Positions 18,654 through 28,331 of a DNA stretch of 64,000 nt are shown piece after piece. Every line of letters starts with the position of its first letter. Positions within the stretch are counted from its first letter, which is position 1. Under the pieces are notes generated by a model that did no database searches, was not told the DNA's origin, and was given only the letters and a program-made list of their open reading frames with translations. The stretch lies in the IMG/VR virus record IMGVR_UViG_3300042317_001568, positions 62,001-126,000 of that record; one strand, given 5' to 3'. The position numbers and the translations under genes are program-made.

Positions 18654-21600
18654 CCAATTTAACAATGCGCTCCAAATGGCTGGCACGGGTCAGGGGCAGT
18701 ACCCATTTCTGTACCCGACGCCGTATGCCCCGGCGCAATTCGGGCTTGGAAATTCAGATATGGGCTCACTGGTGGCTATGTTCGCCGGCCCGCTTTTGGA
18801 GGCCGCCGCTGGCCCGGAAAACTTTATCCCGCAATTAATGCCAACGCAGAATCTCATGGACAGTCACGCCATGAGAAACTATCAGCGCGAAATGTTAACG
18901 TCTTCTTTGTCGGTGGCCGGCGGTGCTCGTGGCCCGGTTGCGCAAGGTCTGCTGGGTATGCGGAGCGCTTTCACCGACGACCCGATTACGCAGTTAAACC
19001 GCGAGCAAGCCGACACGGCCGCGGGCGTTTTAACGCACCCGATTGTCAAAGCCATTGCCAGCTCTGTCATGGGCCCAGAGACGCTTGAAGCGGCGATGTA
19101 CGGGAGCAAAGGCGACATCACGTCACTGAATTCGGCAATCGCCAAGACTGGGTTTTTCCGGTCTGACCCCATGGGTGGTCAGCGGATGACAGCCGACTCA
19201 TTGACATCTTTTACAGAGGGCGTGTACTCGCACTTATACGAGCAAGAAGGGAACCTCGACAGCATTGAGGCCGATGCGCGAAAAAAGCGTGGCATTAACC
19301 CAATGCGCAACAACCGAATCGACGAGGCGCGGCAAAAGCTTAAAGACGCTGCCGGCAAACCAGAGGCAGACATTATTAATGACGAAGAAGTCGTCACCCG
19401 CATGGTCGACATGGACAACGCGGACGCCGAAGTCTCGCGCATGTATAAAAAATACGTCAAAAACGGCACGGCAGTCACAACCGAAGAGCGCGCTAAAGAA
19501 CTGTCCAAATTTGACCGGGCTGTTGACGAAGCCGGCGTACTTGACAGGGGTGAAGCAACAATCGGGCAGCTGCGCAAAGCGGCTGAACAAGCGCCGGTCA
19601 ATCGCATGCACGGTTTTATGGCTGGGCAGGTCGGGCAGATGCAGCAGGAGCTGTTCGAACGCGGCCTAATGCCTGAAGCGGTTGGGCACATGTCGGCTGA
19701 CGACCGGATGCGCACAGTTGGAGAAACGCAACGCGATGACGAGACCGTTGAGCGACTAGCGCGAAAAATGGTCCGCGCCGACTTTGAAAAAACAGACCCG
19801 GCGTTCAAGAGCTTGTCCTCAGAGCAGCAAGATCGCCTGATAGATACAAAAACACCAGAAGCCGTTAAAGAACTGCGGAAGACGGAAAAAGAAGCGACTA
19901 AATACGCGCGCGGTGACGCAGACGCGATGTCGATCGAAGACCTTGAAAAACAAGGCGGTATGGATTTACTTACGGTTGACGCTGACGCTAGCCGCGCTGC
20001 GGGAACGCTGGAGAAGTATTCAGGAGCGCTTGGCGCCATCCGAGACCTGTTCGGCGACAACGGTAATCCAAATGCGCCTGTACCAGCGTTGCTCAAAATG
20101 CTAGACGCGTTAACCAACGGCACGGCTGGGCAGTTCGAGCCCGGCCGCGTAGAGGCGGAATTACGCAAAATGCAGTCGCTCGCCAAAGAAACTGGCGTAG
20201 GTATGAATCAGTTGGCGCAGCTGTCTACAAACGTAACGATGCAGGGGCGCATGTTTGGCCTTAATGACGCTAGCGCAGTGCAGGGTACAAACGCCACGCT
20301 GGCGGCAATTAAAGTCATGCAGGAGAGCGGCGCGTTCTCCACCGGCCGATTTGGCGCAATGAATAAAGAACAGGCCATGGAGTCTGTCGGTCGTTCGGTG
20401 CAGGCGGGCGCCGCGTCGAATAACGCCAAGGCCGCGGCAACGCTTGCGCGACTTTATGACGCCGACCCGCAAAAATACGCGGGCACAGAATTAGAAGCTG
20501 CTGTCGAAGCGTATCGCGACCCAAATAGCGAAGGCGTGTATACCGACCCAAATACGGGCGAGCAAAAGAACTTAGTCGAGATGATTGGTCGCTATGGTCC
20601 CGGGGCGGCGCGAGAAATTTTTGTAAACTCAAACAACGGTAAGGGCGGCGGATTTGATAGTGCTTTTTACGATCCGCTTACCGAAGAAAAAACGCTGGAT
20701 AACAAACTCTTTGGTTATCAAACGCAAGCCGTTGAGGGCCGGCAGTACGCCTACAATGCGACGCGGTCGGTTACCGCTGCCGAGCTAGAAAGCGACGACA
20801 AACTATTTTCGGGCGCTGATCCGCAAGAGCGCAGCAGACGATTTGATCTTGCGTCAGCGGTCGTTAATCAGATGGTGCTTGACACCGGAGACAAGTCGCC
20901 GGCAGAGCGTAAAAAATACTTTGATACACAACTGGAAGTCGAGGTTGCGCAAAAGCTTAAAGATTCTGGCGTGGCAGACGCAGAAGCTGAAGCGCAAGCT
21001 AAAGAGTTTGCGGGGCGATTTAAAAACGACCCCGCGCTCATCGACCAATACGCCTCCACGGCTGGCATGGCGCTCGCGGCAATCCCGGGCGCTGATCTGA
21101 ATCTCGTGACATACACGCAGAAGTATGGCCGAGGCGCGGCACACGAGTTTGCGCAAGAAAGTGCCCGCGCCGGCGCGAGAGCTGAGCAGAAAAAAAATGC
21201 CGCCATGGGGCATGAGTCCGGCCCGCTGCAACGACTGTCAGACTACTTCCGCGAGATCGGCGAAAGCGGCGAAAAATTTACTCTCAGCGGTTTTATGGAT
21301 GCCGCAGCGCCACAGATCAAAAACAGCGAAGTGGCGCAGAAGTATATGTCGAAAATGGAACCGGGATTTGAGGCCCTTGGCGACCGTATGAAAGACGTGT
21401 TCGTCACGGACTCGTATATCGACACGCTCGCCGAAAACAAGAATTACGATGAGCTGATGAAGCTTGCCGATCCGACCGGCAACCTTAAAAAAGCGAAGAC
21501 TAGAGTAATTTCTGGAAAAGAGCTCGACACCGCGCGAAACAAAACGATTACGAAGCGATACGACAAAGAAGGCGCGATCGACGAGGACGCCGTAGCTCGC

Positions 21601-23451
21601 GATTATAAGCAGCTCGTAGGTGGCGCCGGCGAGGGTATGAGTACAGAAGAGAAACTGCAAGAACTTCGTCTAAACGACGAATTTATGGAATCCGTTGACC
21701 GAGAAGTTCGCCACGACCAGAACGCCATCTCGGAGGCGCAGCTCATTAAAGAGGCCCGCGGGGCAAAGGGTCAGGCGCGAGAAGGACAAGAAGCGCGAGC
21801 CGAACGGCTGCAGCGTATCGAAGCGTCTTATTTTTACGGCAAAGACGCGGAGAAAACAAAAGAAGGCGTCAGTTCTGCGCTGCGCGAGTTCGACGTAAAA
21901 ATGACCGACGAAGAAATTCGTGAGTATCAAGACCTCGTGCTCGACAGCTCTGAAGAAGGTAAACGTAAGTTAAACGAAAAAATCGACGAAGATATTTCTG
22001 GCTGGCAATTAAACAAAGAAGACACGGAAGACTTGCGTTCAGTTTTAAATGCACAGCAAGAAGCGCGTAACATCGATCCTGCGTCTCTCGGCCTGACAGA
22101 CAAGCAGTCGGGGATGATGAAGCAAACAGACGAAGGCGTTGTAGACCAGACGAGCATCGACGCTCAAACTGTTGTGCTCCACGGCGTGCGCTTCGTCGAC
22201 GACAACGGCAAAGAAATTTCTTTAGGCGGTTCTCGCGAAGAGGCGGCAGTGGCGTCAATGGCTATTCGTGACCGCGCCAACGCCATGGTCAACGAGCATT
22301 ATTCGCGCGTGGACTCTACCGGTAACAGCTCCGCGTTTTCTGACGCTGAGGTGAAAGATGCCGCTATGCGTTTATCCGACGAACTCGGCATCAGCCGCGA
22401 AAGCGCTACCGAAATGATGCAGGGTATTCAAGAAGAACGCGCAAAAAACTCTAGCGGTCTCGGACTAGGTTACTTTGTTGGCGATAACTTGGAGTACTCC
22501 AAAGACAAGCAGCAAAAACACAGTCAGCAGGCAAAAGAGATTGTTGGCGCAGCTGTAGGCGACAAAAAATCGATGTCGTCTGCCGAAGTAAATGACGCCG
22601 TAAAGAAAATGTCGGCGGCGTCGAAAATCTCTGAAGAAGAAGCGCGTGCTTTCATAACGGGCGAAATAAGCGCGCGAAAAATTGACACGCCAGACAGCAA
22701 ATCTAGCAAAGCCAGCAAGCCGACAGACACGTCTTCTGCGGACAAACCGAAACCAGACCAAATAGCAGAAAAGCCAAAACCGGCAGGGGTGGACGCGACG
22801 AGAACGGCCGCTGCAGCAGTAAAAGCTGTTTATGAAAAAGAAGGCGTGAAGGCTGCGACCGGCGTCGCGTACGAACAACCCAGTAAAGAAGACGCAACTC
22901 GATTTGCGGAGGGCGTTTCACACTCACGCGCCGCAAGCATAAGTGCCGGCCGCGACGGGGCCGATCCGACAATTGCATATACACGTCCGGCGGTGAGCGA
23001 CGGGGTCGACCCGGCCGCCCGAGCGGCGGGCCGCGCCAATGTCGCTTCGACAACTGAATATACACGTCCAATGCTCGATGGTCCCAGTGTGGCACTTGCG
23101 GAAGAAATACGGTCCTCGTCAAGAATAGGCTCCGGGCGAGAATCAACACCAACCAGCGGACGCGCCACAGAAGATGTCGCCCGGATTGGTGGTGGTTTGC
23201 AGGGCAGCCCGGCGGGCTTAGGCGGCATTGAACAAATAGTCCGCCAGCTGACCGTACAACCGGCTGCAACCGGCGGCGCTGCTGGCGGCAATCAAGAAGT
23301 GCGGCTAACCGGTACGCTGTCGTTAAACGGGCTGCAAGAAGCAATGCTGGCCGCAACAAGCAGCCGCAGCGTGCATATAGACGGCGGCGCGCCTATTGTG
23401 AAAGACCCCGCGCCGATGATGTCTGCTCCGGGCGGCTCCAAAAACGCATAG
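18637..23451 (+). CDS. Tape measure protein
   Basis: ~1600 aa, helical and Ala/Glu/Lys-rich; follows the chaperone pair. Confidence 0.75.
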   Translation: MNNPADQFNNALQMAGTGQGQYPFLYPTPYAPAQFGLGNSDMGSLVAMFAGPLLEAAAGPENFIPQLMPTQNLMDSHAMRNYQREMLTSSLSVAGGARGPVAQGLLGMRSAFTDDPITQLNREQADTAAGVLTHPIVKAIASSVMGPETLEAAMYGSKGDITSLNSAIAKTGFFRSDPMGGQRMTADSLTSFTEGVYSHLYEQEGNLDSIEADARKKRGINPMRNNRIDEARQKLKDAAGKPEADIINDEEVVTRMVDMDNADAEVSRMYKKYVKNGTAVTTEERAKELSKFDRAVDEAGVLDRGEATIGQLRKAAEQAPVNRMHGFMAGQVGQMQQELFERGLMPEAVGHMSADDRMRTVGETQRDDETVERLARKMVRADFEKTDPAFKSLSSEQQDRLIDTKTPEAVKELRKTEKEATKYARGDADAMSIEDLEKQGGMDLLTVDADASRAAGTLEKYSGALGAIRDLFGDNGNPNAPVPALLKMLDALTNGTAGQFEPGRVEAELRKMQSLAKETGVGMNQLAQLSTNVTMQGRMFGLNDASAVQGTNATLAAIKVMQESGAFSTGRFGAMNKEQAMESVGRSVQAGAASNNAKAAATLARLYDADPQKYAGTELEAAVEAYRDPNSEGVYTDPNTGEQKNLVEMIGRYGPGAAREIFVNSNNGKGGGFDSAFYDPLTEEKTLDNKLFGYQTQAVEGRQYAYNATRSVTAAELESDDKLFSGADPQERSRRFDLASAVVNQMVLDTGDKSPAERKKYFDTQLEVEVAQKLKDSGVADAEAEAQAKEFAGRFKNDPALIDQYASTAGMALAAIPGADLNLVTYTQKYGRGAAHEFAQESARAGARAEQKKNAAMGHESGPLQRLSDYFREIGESGEKFTLSGFMDAAAPQIKNSEVAQKYMSKMEPGFEALGDRMKDVFVTDSYIDTLAENKNYDELMKLADPTGNLKKAKTRVISGKELDTARNKTITKRYDKEGAIDEDAVARDYKQLVGGAGEGMSTEEKLQELRLNDEFMESVDREVRHDQNAISEAQLIKEARGAKGQAREGQEARAERLQRIEASYFYGKDAEKTKEGVSSALREFDVKMTDEEIREYQDLVLDSSEEGKRKLNEKIDEDISGWQLNKEDTEDLRSVLNAQQEARNIDPASLGLTDKQSGMMKQTDEGVVDQTSIDAQTVVLHGVRFVDDNGKEISLGGSREEAAVASMAIRDRANAMVNEHYSRVDSTGNSSAFSDAEVKDAAMRLSDELGISRESATEMMQGIQEERAKNSSGLGLGYFVGDNLEYSKDKQQKHSQQAKEIVGAAVGDKKSMSSAEVNDAVKKMSAASKISEEEARAFITGEISARKIDTPDSKSSKASKPTDTSSADKPKPDQIAEKPKPAGVDATRTAAAAVKAVYEKEGVKAATGVAYEQPSKEDATRFAEGVSHSRAASISAGRDGADPTIAYTRPAVSDGVDPAARAAGRANVASTTEYTRPMLDGPSVALAEEIRSSSRIGSGRESTPTSGRATEDVARIGGGLQGSPAGLGGIEQIVRQLTVQPAATGGAAGGNQEVRLTGTLSLNGLQEAMLAATSSRSVHIDGGAPIVKDPAPMMSAPGGSKNA

Positions 23452-23458
23452 GTGAATT

Positions 23459-23935
23459 ATGGCCTCAGTATTTACTCCCTGCTCCGGTGTTGTCGGCGTG
23501 GTCCGCGAGGGCTGCAGCGAGACAGACAATTTTTTCATCTCTGTATCCGGGGGAAGCGGGGACTTAGTCGACAGCGCTATTGTGACAAACATGTCGCTAG
23601 AGCTGAGCGGCAACTATCAGTTTCTGCATACGCTTAATGATTTTATTTACGCCTACTCGTTCGGCGACCGAATCGGCACGTTGCAAATAGGCGGCGTTGG
23701 TTTCGCCAAACCGTGCTCTGGCGGCAAAGGCGGGTTGGTAAAAGCCTATGAGTGGTACAAATCGAACCGAATTAGCCGGGCAACAAGCATTTTGACAATA
23801 GTGTTGCGCGACAGCGAGTCTACCGGAACGTTTTTAGGGTTTTTGACAGGCATGAAGTTAGACGTCACGAACGAGAGCGAAACCGGCGCTATGGGTCACT
23901 GGTCGATGCGCTTTGAAATACTCCCGGAGAACTGA
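23459..23935 (+). CDS. Putative tail tube initiator/baseplate protein
   Basis: 158-aa beta-rich protein right after the tape measure gene. Confidence 0.5.
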   Translation: MASVFTPCSGVVGVVREGCSETDNFFISVSGGSGDLVDSAIVTNMSLELSGNYQFLHTLNDFIYAYSFGDRIGTLQIGGVGFAKPCSGGKGGLVKAYEWYKSNRISRATSILTIVLRDSESTGTFLGFLTGMKLDVTNESETGAMGHWSMRFEILPEN

Positions 23936-23936
23936 G

Positions 23937-24875
23937 ATGATTAATCACGCGAGAACATTGCTGCTTAATCAGCATCCAGATTCTGTGGGTGTAGATGACG
24001 TAGGCTACGAATACATACCGCCGGGGTTTAAGCCGCAAAAACTTCCAACCGCGCTAGACACTGTCCACAAGATTTTGTTCGGCAGCAGACCTGACAATTA
24101 CTTTTTGAATTTTCGCGCGTATGAGCTGCTAAGTTACATCCACCAGACCGAGCTCGATACGTTCTTACGCGCGCTCGATCCGCGAATTACGTATTGGCGA
24201 AAAACAGCTACTGATTTCTACGGTCCGGCTAAAAAAGTATTTGTCGAGCAAATCGTCGGCGCCCCCGCCCGGCTGAGCATTGCCGGTACTGCGTTTGCCA
24301 GCGACGCGATTGGCAGGAGCGAGTACACATACACAGCAGTATTCGGGAAAAAAGCTGTCGGGTCGCCGAATGAAAAAACAATACTCGTCGCAAAGCCGGA
24401 TACGAGCGAGCTATCGTCGAAGGACGTGTCTGGTATTACGCCGGTTTTAACGCTTCCGAACACGCAGCTAAACGCCCGCGTAGACTCGGCGACCGTGTAC
24501 GAGCGGCTAATTACCGAGATCGGCGATATTTTTGTAGTAGAGAATTACTCGGCAGCCACCAACGGCGAACTTCTTTTAGAGCGTCCCGCCGGCATGAACA
24601 TCTTGTCCATGCTCTCGGCTGATGACTTAATAGATACGGTTACCGCAGCGTGGCGTGTCAATGTTTTAACGAATCCGACTTCAGCGCTTATAACCACACT
24701 CCCCAACTTAGAGTTTTTGGGCGAGCCGCTTTACTTGGAGTTATTTGGCGTCAAACCAGCAGAACCGTACGCGACGTTTTTGAATCTGTGGGAGACACAT
24801 CCACTGCCGGCCTATAAACTAAGCGGAATCGTTTTAGCGCTGATTTATCGCTTAAATGAACTGTCGAGGAAATAA
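23937..24875 (+). CDS. Hypothetical baseplate-region protein
   Basis: ATG 1 nt after the previous stop; operon context. Confidence 0.5.
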   Translation: MINHARTLLLNQHPDSVGVDDVGYEYIPPGFKPQKLPTALDTVHKILFGSRPDNYFLNFRAYELLSYIHQTELDTFLRALDPRITYWRKTATDFYGPAKKVFVEQIVGAPARLSIAGTAFASDAIGRSEYTYTAVFGKKAVGSPNEKTILVAKPDTSELSSKDVSGITPVLTLPNTQLNARVDSATVYERLITEIGDIFVVENYSAATNGELLLERPAGMNILSMLSADDLIDTVTAAWRVNVLTNPTSALITTLPNLEFLGEPLYLELFGVKPAEPYATFLNLWETHPLPAYKLSGIVLALIYRLNELSRK

Positions 24876-26545
24876 TGTCAGCCGACAACTTCGTATACTC
24901 CAAGTTTAAAGTTAAAGTAGATATTGAAGGCACCGTCTTTGAAGACGAGGTTGTCGCGGTTTCGGCTACCTATGGATTAAACGACATTCCAACGGCTACG
25001 GCTGTAATTGCTTGCGGCATAAATATGCGCACGATGCAGCCCTCAAAAATCCACGGCGCGCTCAACACGTTACTGCCGCGCATGAAGGCGACCATCGACG
25101 TCACAATCGAGACACCGTTTGGAAGAACTTGGAAATCACCCTCGGGCACGCACCGAGTTTTTGAAGGTTACTATGTCGGTATAGGAATTCAACGTTCAGA
25201 CACAAACGCAAATTACATTCTGCATTTCGTGCACTGGCTTGATGACTTGAACTGCGGCTCTATCCTAAACGGCAACTGGTATCCGGGCACACCGGCTGAT
25301 ATGGCGCAAACAGCACTGTATGGCTCGCTCGCGAGTATGCCCGGTTCAAACTTGGGGGCGCCTGTTCCTTTTGCGGACCCGTATCTGAATTTGATAACCA
25401 AACCAAACATGGAGAACGACTTATGGGGCAGCGTTTTAAAACCAGTGCTGCTGGGCCTCTCCAACCGAAAGAACCCCATAACGCAAGGAACGTGCCTCGG
25501 TAGTGATAACAACAATAAAATTGTGGAGGACGGTTTAAATAAAATACCAGACGGCGCGCCGACAGCGCTTCCGCTTTCAATGGACCTGCCCAACGTCGAC
25601 GGGCCGCTGCTCAGTGTAAATGCGCAAACTGGCATCTCAAAAATGCTGACAAATGGGTTAGCGTATAACACTATTTGGAGCAAACTGGTCGGCGAACTGG
25701 CGGCGAGCTTCTTGTTTGCGATATCACCCGGAACAACATTTGCAACAGTCATACCGTTTTTTGGCGGATTGCGCATTTCAGCTGACGGCACAGCTTGGCG
25801 CACGATCAGACTAAACGATTACAATTACGCAAATTTTAATTCAAGTCAGCGGCAGCTACTTGAGTCAATCAGCGTGTTTTATCCATTTGTCAGTAACTCC
25901 AATCTCGGCGGCGGGCGAGAAGCCGCGGCGCCGTCGATATCCCAGTGCCCGCCAGTAGCAAAATATCCCACAATCCCGACTAGCCGTAAGGGCGTGATAA
26001 TGGTTCGTGAGCTGCCGACATGGCTACACAATTGCACGTCGGTTGGCGGTTATGCGCACGAAGCCTTGTACCCAGAAGTTGATACACATTCGCCCGGTCA
26101 GGGGTCGTCAACGCCAACCGGCAGTGTGACAATCCGTCCGCCGCTTACAATTGAACGTGAAAAAGGCGTCGCTTCACGTTATTGCGAGCATTGGTATAAA
26201 ACAGAAATTCTAAACCAGCGATACGGCGAATTGTCGGGCAAGTTACGATTTGATATCGCGCCCGGCAGCATGGTTGCCATAGAGGTGCCCCCGCCGCCAC
26301 CGCCAGTAAATCCTTTGTCAAACGGCGGCGAGCCGAATCACATGTACGCAAGCGTCACAAAGGTGTCTTTTGTAATAAACGCGGAACAACATTCTGCCGG
26401 AACTTCGCTCGTGCTAACCAACTTACGCAGCGAGGCAGAGAACAATGACGCGCAGCTAACTAACGAAAAACCGCCGCTGTACCAAACACCGTGGTATGGC
26501 GGCCCACTAACAAAAGAAGCGACCGGAGATAATATCTTGCGATGA
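24875..26545 (+). CDS. Putative baseplate hub protein (gp27/gpD-like)
   Basis: VFEGY near the N-terminus; LRFDIAPG...YASVTKVSF near the C-terminus; position. Confidence 0.55.
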   Translation: MSADNFVYSKFKVKVDIEGTVFEDEVVAVSATYGLNDIPTATAVIACGINMRTMQPSKIHGALNTLLPRMKATIDVTIETPFGRTWKSPSGTHRVFEGYYVGIGIQRSDTNANYILHFVHWLDDLNCGSILNGNWYPGTPADMAQTALYGSLASMPGSNLGAPVPFADPYLNLITKPNMENDLWGSVLKPVLLGLSNRKNPITQGTCLGSDNNNKIVEDGLNKIPDGAPTALPLSMDLPNVDGPLLSVNAQTGISKMLTNGLAYNTIWSKLVGELAASFLFAISPGTTFATVIPFFGGLRISADGTAWRTIRLNDYNYANFNSSQRQLLESISVFYPFVSNSNLGGGREAAAPSISQCPPVAKYPTIPTSRKGVIMVRELPTWLHNCTSVGGYAHEALYPEVDTHSPGQGSSTPTGSVTIRPPLTIEREKGVASRYCEHWYKTEILNQRYGELSGKLRFDIAPGSMVAIEVPPPPPPVNPLSNGGEPNHMYASVTKVSFVINAEQHSAGTSLVLTNLRSEAENNDAQLTNEKPPLYQTPWYGGPLTKEATGDNILR

Positions 26546-27345
26546 GCGCAAACCAAAACTACAAACCGTCTGGGTCTATACTTGGCGATGTTGCGCCGCC
26601 TTTTTCAAAAAACGAAGCGGCTGAAAACGATTTCAACACGCAGTTTAGTTCGTGGTTGGCTAATCCTACGCCAGAAAGCAATGATCAAATACTTACCTCC
26701 GTGCAACCTACAATCGACACTGCGTTGTCGAGTTATGTCGGGCGCACAACGAGCCCAACCATGCGCTCGAAGGCGCGCCTGATGGCGCTGAACGCGCTAA
26801 AAACCTACGATCCGCAACGCGGCAACGTACGCACACACTTGCTGTCGCAAATGCAGGGTCTTCGTCGGCTAAACGCAAAAGAACAAAACATTATCAGTAT
26901 CCCAGAGCAAGTTGGACTTGATTTCCAAAAGCTTGATTCTGCGGAAAACGAGTTACGCGACAAGTTTAATCGGGACCCGTCTGACGACGAGGTCGCAGAT
27001 TACACGGGCTTGTCTGTTAAACGCATTCGTAAAATTAGGGGTTTCCATCAGCCGCTTTCAGAGGGCATGACAGCCGCAGTAGCCGATAGCGAGAATTCAC
27101 CCGCAGAAGTAGCCAGCACCTTACCGGGCGCGACCTCGTCAGCAGATGCTTGGTTAGGTTTTGTGTACGACGACCTAAGCCCGACCGACAAGCTAATCAT
27201 GGACATGACATTGGGTCGCAACGGCCGACGTCGGGCGTCTACGCAAGATATCGCTAAACGCTTGAACATTACTCCCGGGGCGGTCAGTCAGCGGGCGGCA
27301 AAAATTCAAGTGATGCTCGACAAACGATACGATCACAACTTTTAA
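26542..27345 (+). CDS. RNA polymerase sigma factor, sigma-70 family (group 3-like)
   Basis: Region 2 ALKTYDPQRG; region 3 FNRDPSDDEVADYTGLS; region 4 HTH STQDIAKRLNITPGAVSQ. Confidence 0.85.
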   Translation: MSANQNYKPSGSILGDVAPPFSKNEAAENDFNTQFSSWLANPTPESNDQILTSVQPTIDTALSSYVGRTTSPTMRSKARLMALNALKTYDPQRGNVRTHLLSQMQGLRRLNAKEQNIISIPEQVGLDFQKLDSAENELRDKFNRDPSDDEVADYTGLSVKRIRKIRGFHQPLSEGMTAAVADSENSPAEVASTLPGATSSADAWLGFVYDDLSPTDKLIMDMTLGRNGRRRASTQDIAKRLNITPGAVSQRAAKIQVMLDKRYDHNF

Positions 27346-27354
27346 AGGTGCAGT

Positions 27355-27813
27355 ATGGGTCACGGGACAAAAAAGGGCGTGGTTGACGGGCAGTTTATAA
27401 AGCGCGTCAGCGACCTAGAAAAAAAAGCCGACAAAGCGAAAACACATTTTCGTGACCACGGCGGTTATCGCGAGTGGTGGACTCCCGACGGAGTTGTTGA
27501 CCCGCTAGACGTGCCTTCGTTGCACGAACCGAACTGGCAGCGCAACAACATCAATCAAATATACTCTGACAGCATACTAACTAACAGCGATCAAGCCGCG
27601 GGCACCACCGGCGACCTTTTCGCGATGAAGTGGCAGGCCGACTTTATGGCCGTCGAGGAGCGGGCTTTCAGAACACGCCACGCCAGTTTTGTCCGCTGCG
27701 CGTCACTTGCGCACGGAAGATTAGACGGGCACAGCATTCCGGTAAAAGGCGTTTTTGGCCATTTGAAATCGACTATCGACAAGGCGCTGGAAGAAGGCGC
27801 AAAAACAGGGTAA
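27355..27813 (+). CDS. Hypothetical protein
   Basis: 152-aa ORF in the operon with an AAGGTG RBS. Confidence 0.6.
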   Translation: MGHGTKKGVVDGQFIKRVSDLEKKADKAKTHFRDHGGYREWWTPDGVVDPLDVPSLHEPNWQRNNINQIYSDSILTNSDQAAGTTGDLFAMKWQADFMAVEERAFRTRHASFVRCASLAHGRLDGHSIPVKGVFGHLKSTIDKALEEGAKTG

Positions 27814-27819
27814 TACGTT

Positions 27820-28329
27820 ATGGCACTAAGCGACTATGCAAATCGTAAATACGACTACTTGGCGTTACGAAACGTTAACACCAAGAAAAAAACGCGTCTC
27901 GGTTTGGAGCTATTCAACGAGACCGACAACGGCGCTATTTGCGTTGGCCCGCAAAAGCTAGCCCAGCGGTGGCTGCTGGAATTTATGACTGAAGTAGGGT
28001 CTATGCCCGGCAAGCCCAAACGCGGCTGCAATTTTATGCGGGCGGCGCGAACCGGCAAATTCTTAACCAAGCTAAACGTTGAGACAGAGTTTTCTTTTTC
28101 AGCCGTTGTTGTACGCCGAAACCTGATAAACGAAGAATACGCCGATATGCCCGACGACGAGCGCTTTCTTTCGGCGGAGCTGCTTTCGTCGACTATTGTC
28201 CCGGATAACACTGTTGGCCAGAAGACGGCAACCAGCGCGACGTATCTTCAACTACGTGTTAAAATTAACAGCCGCGCCGGGTCTTCGCGACAGGTAGTCG
28301 TCCCAATCGAAATTATTCCGCAGGCTTAA
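27820..28329 (+). CDS. Baseplate wedge/sheath initiator (gp25/gpW-like)
   Basis: GPQKLAQR...GSMP...RG motif; directly upstream of the baseplate J-like gene. Confidence 0.6.
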   Translation: MALSDYANRKYDYLALRNVNTKKKTRLGLELFNETDNGAICVGPQKLAQRWLLEFMTEVGSMPGKPKRGCNFMRAARTGKFLTKLNVETEFSFSAVVVRRNLINEEYADMPDDERFLSAELLSSTIVPDNTVGQKTATSATYLQLRVKINSRAGSSRQVVVPIEIIPQA

Positions 28330-28331
28330 CC

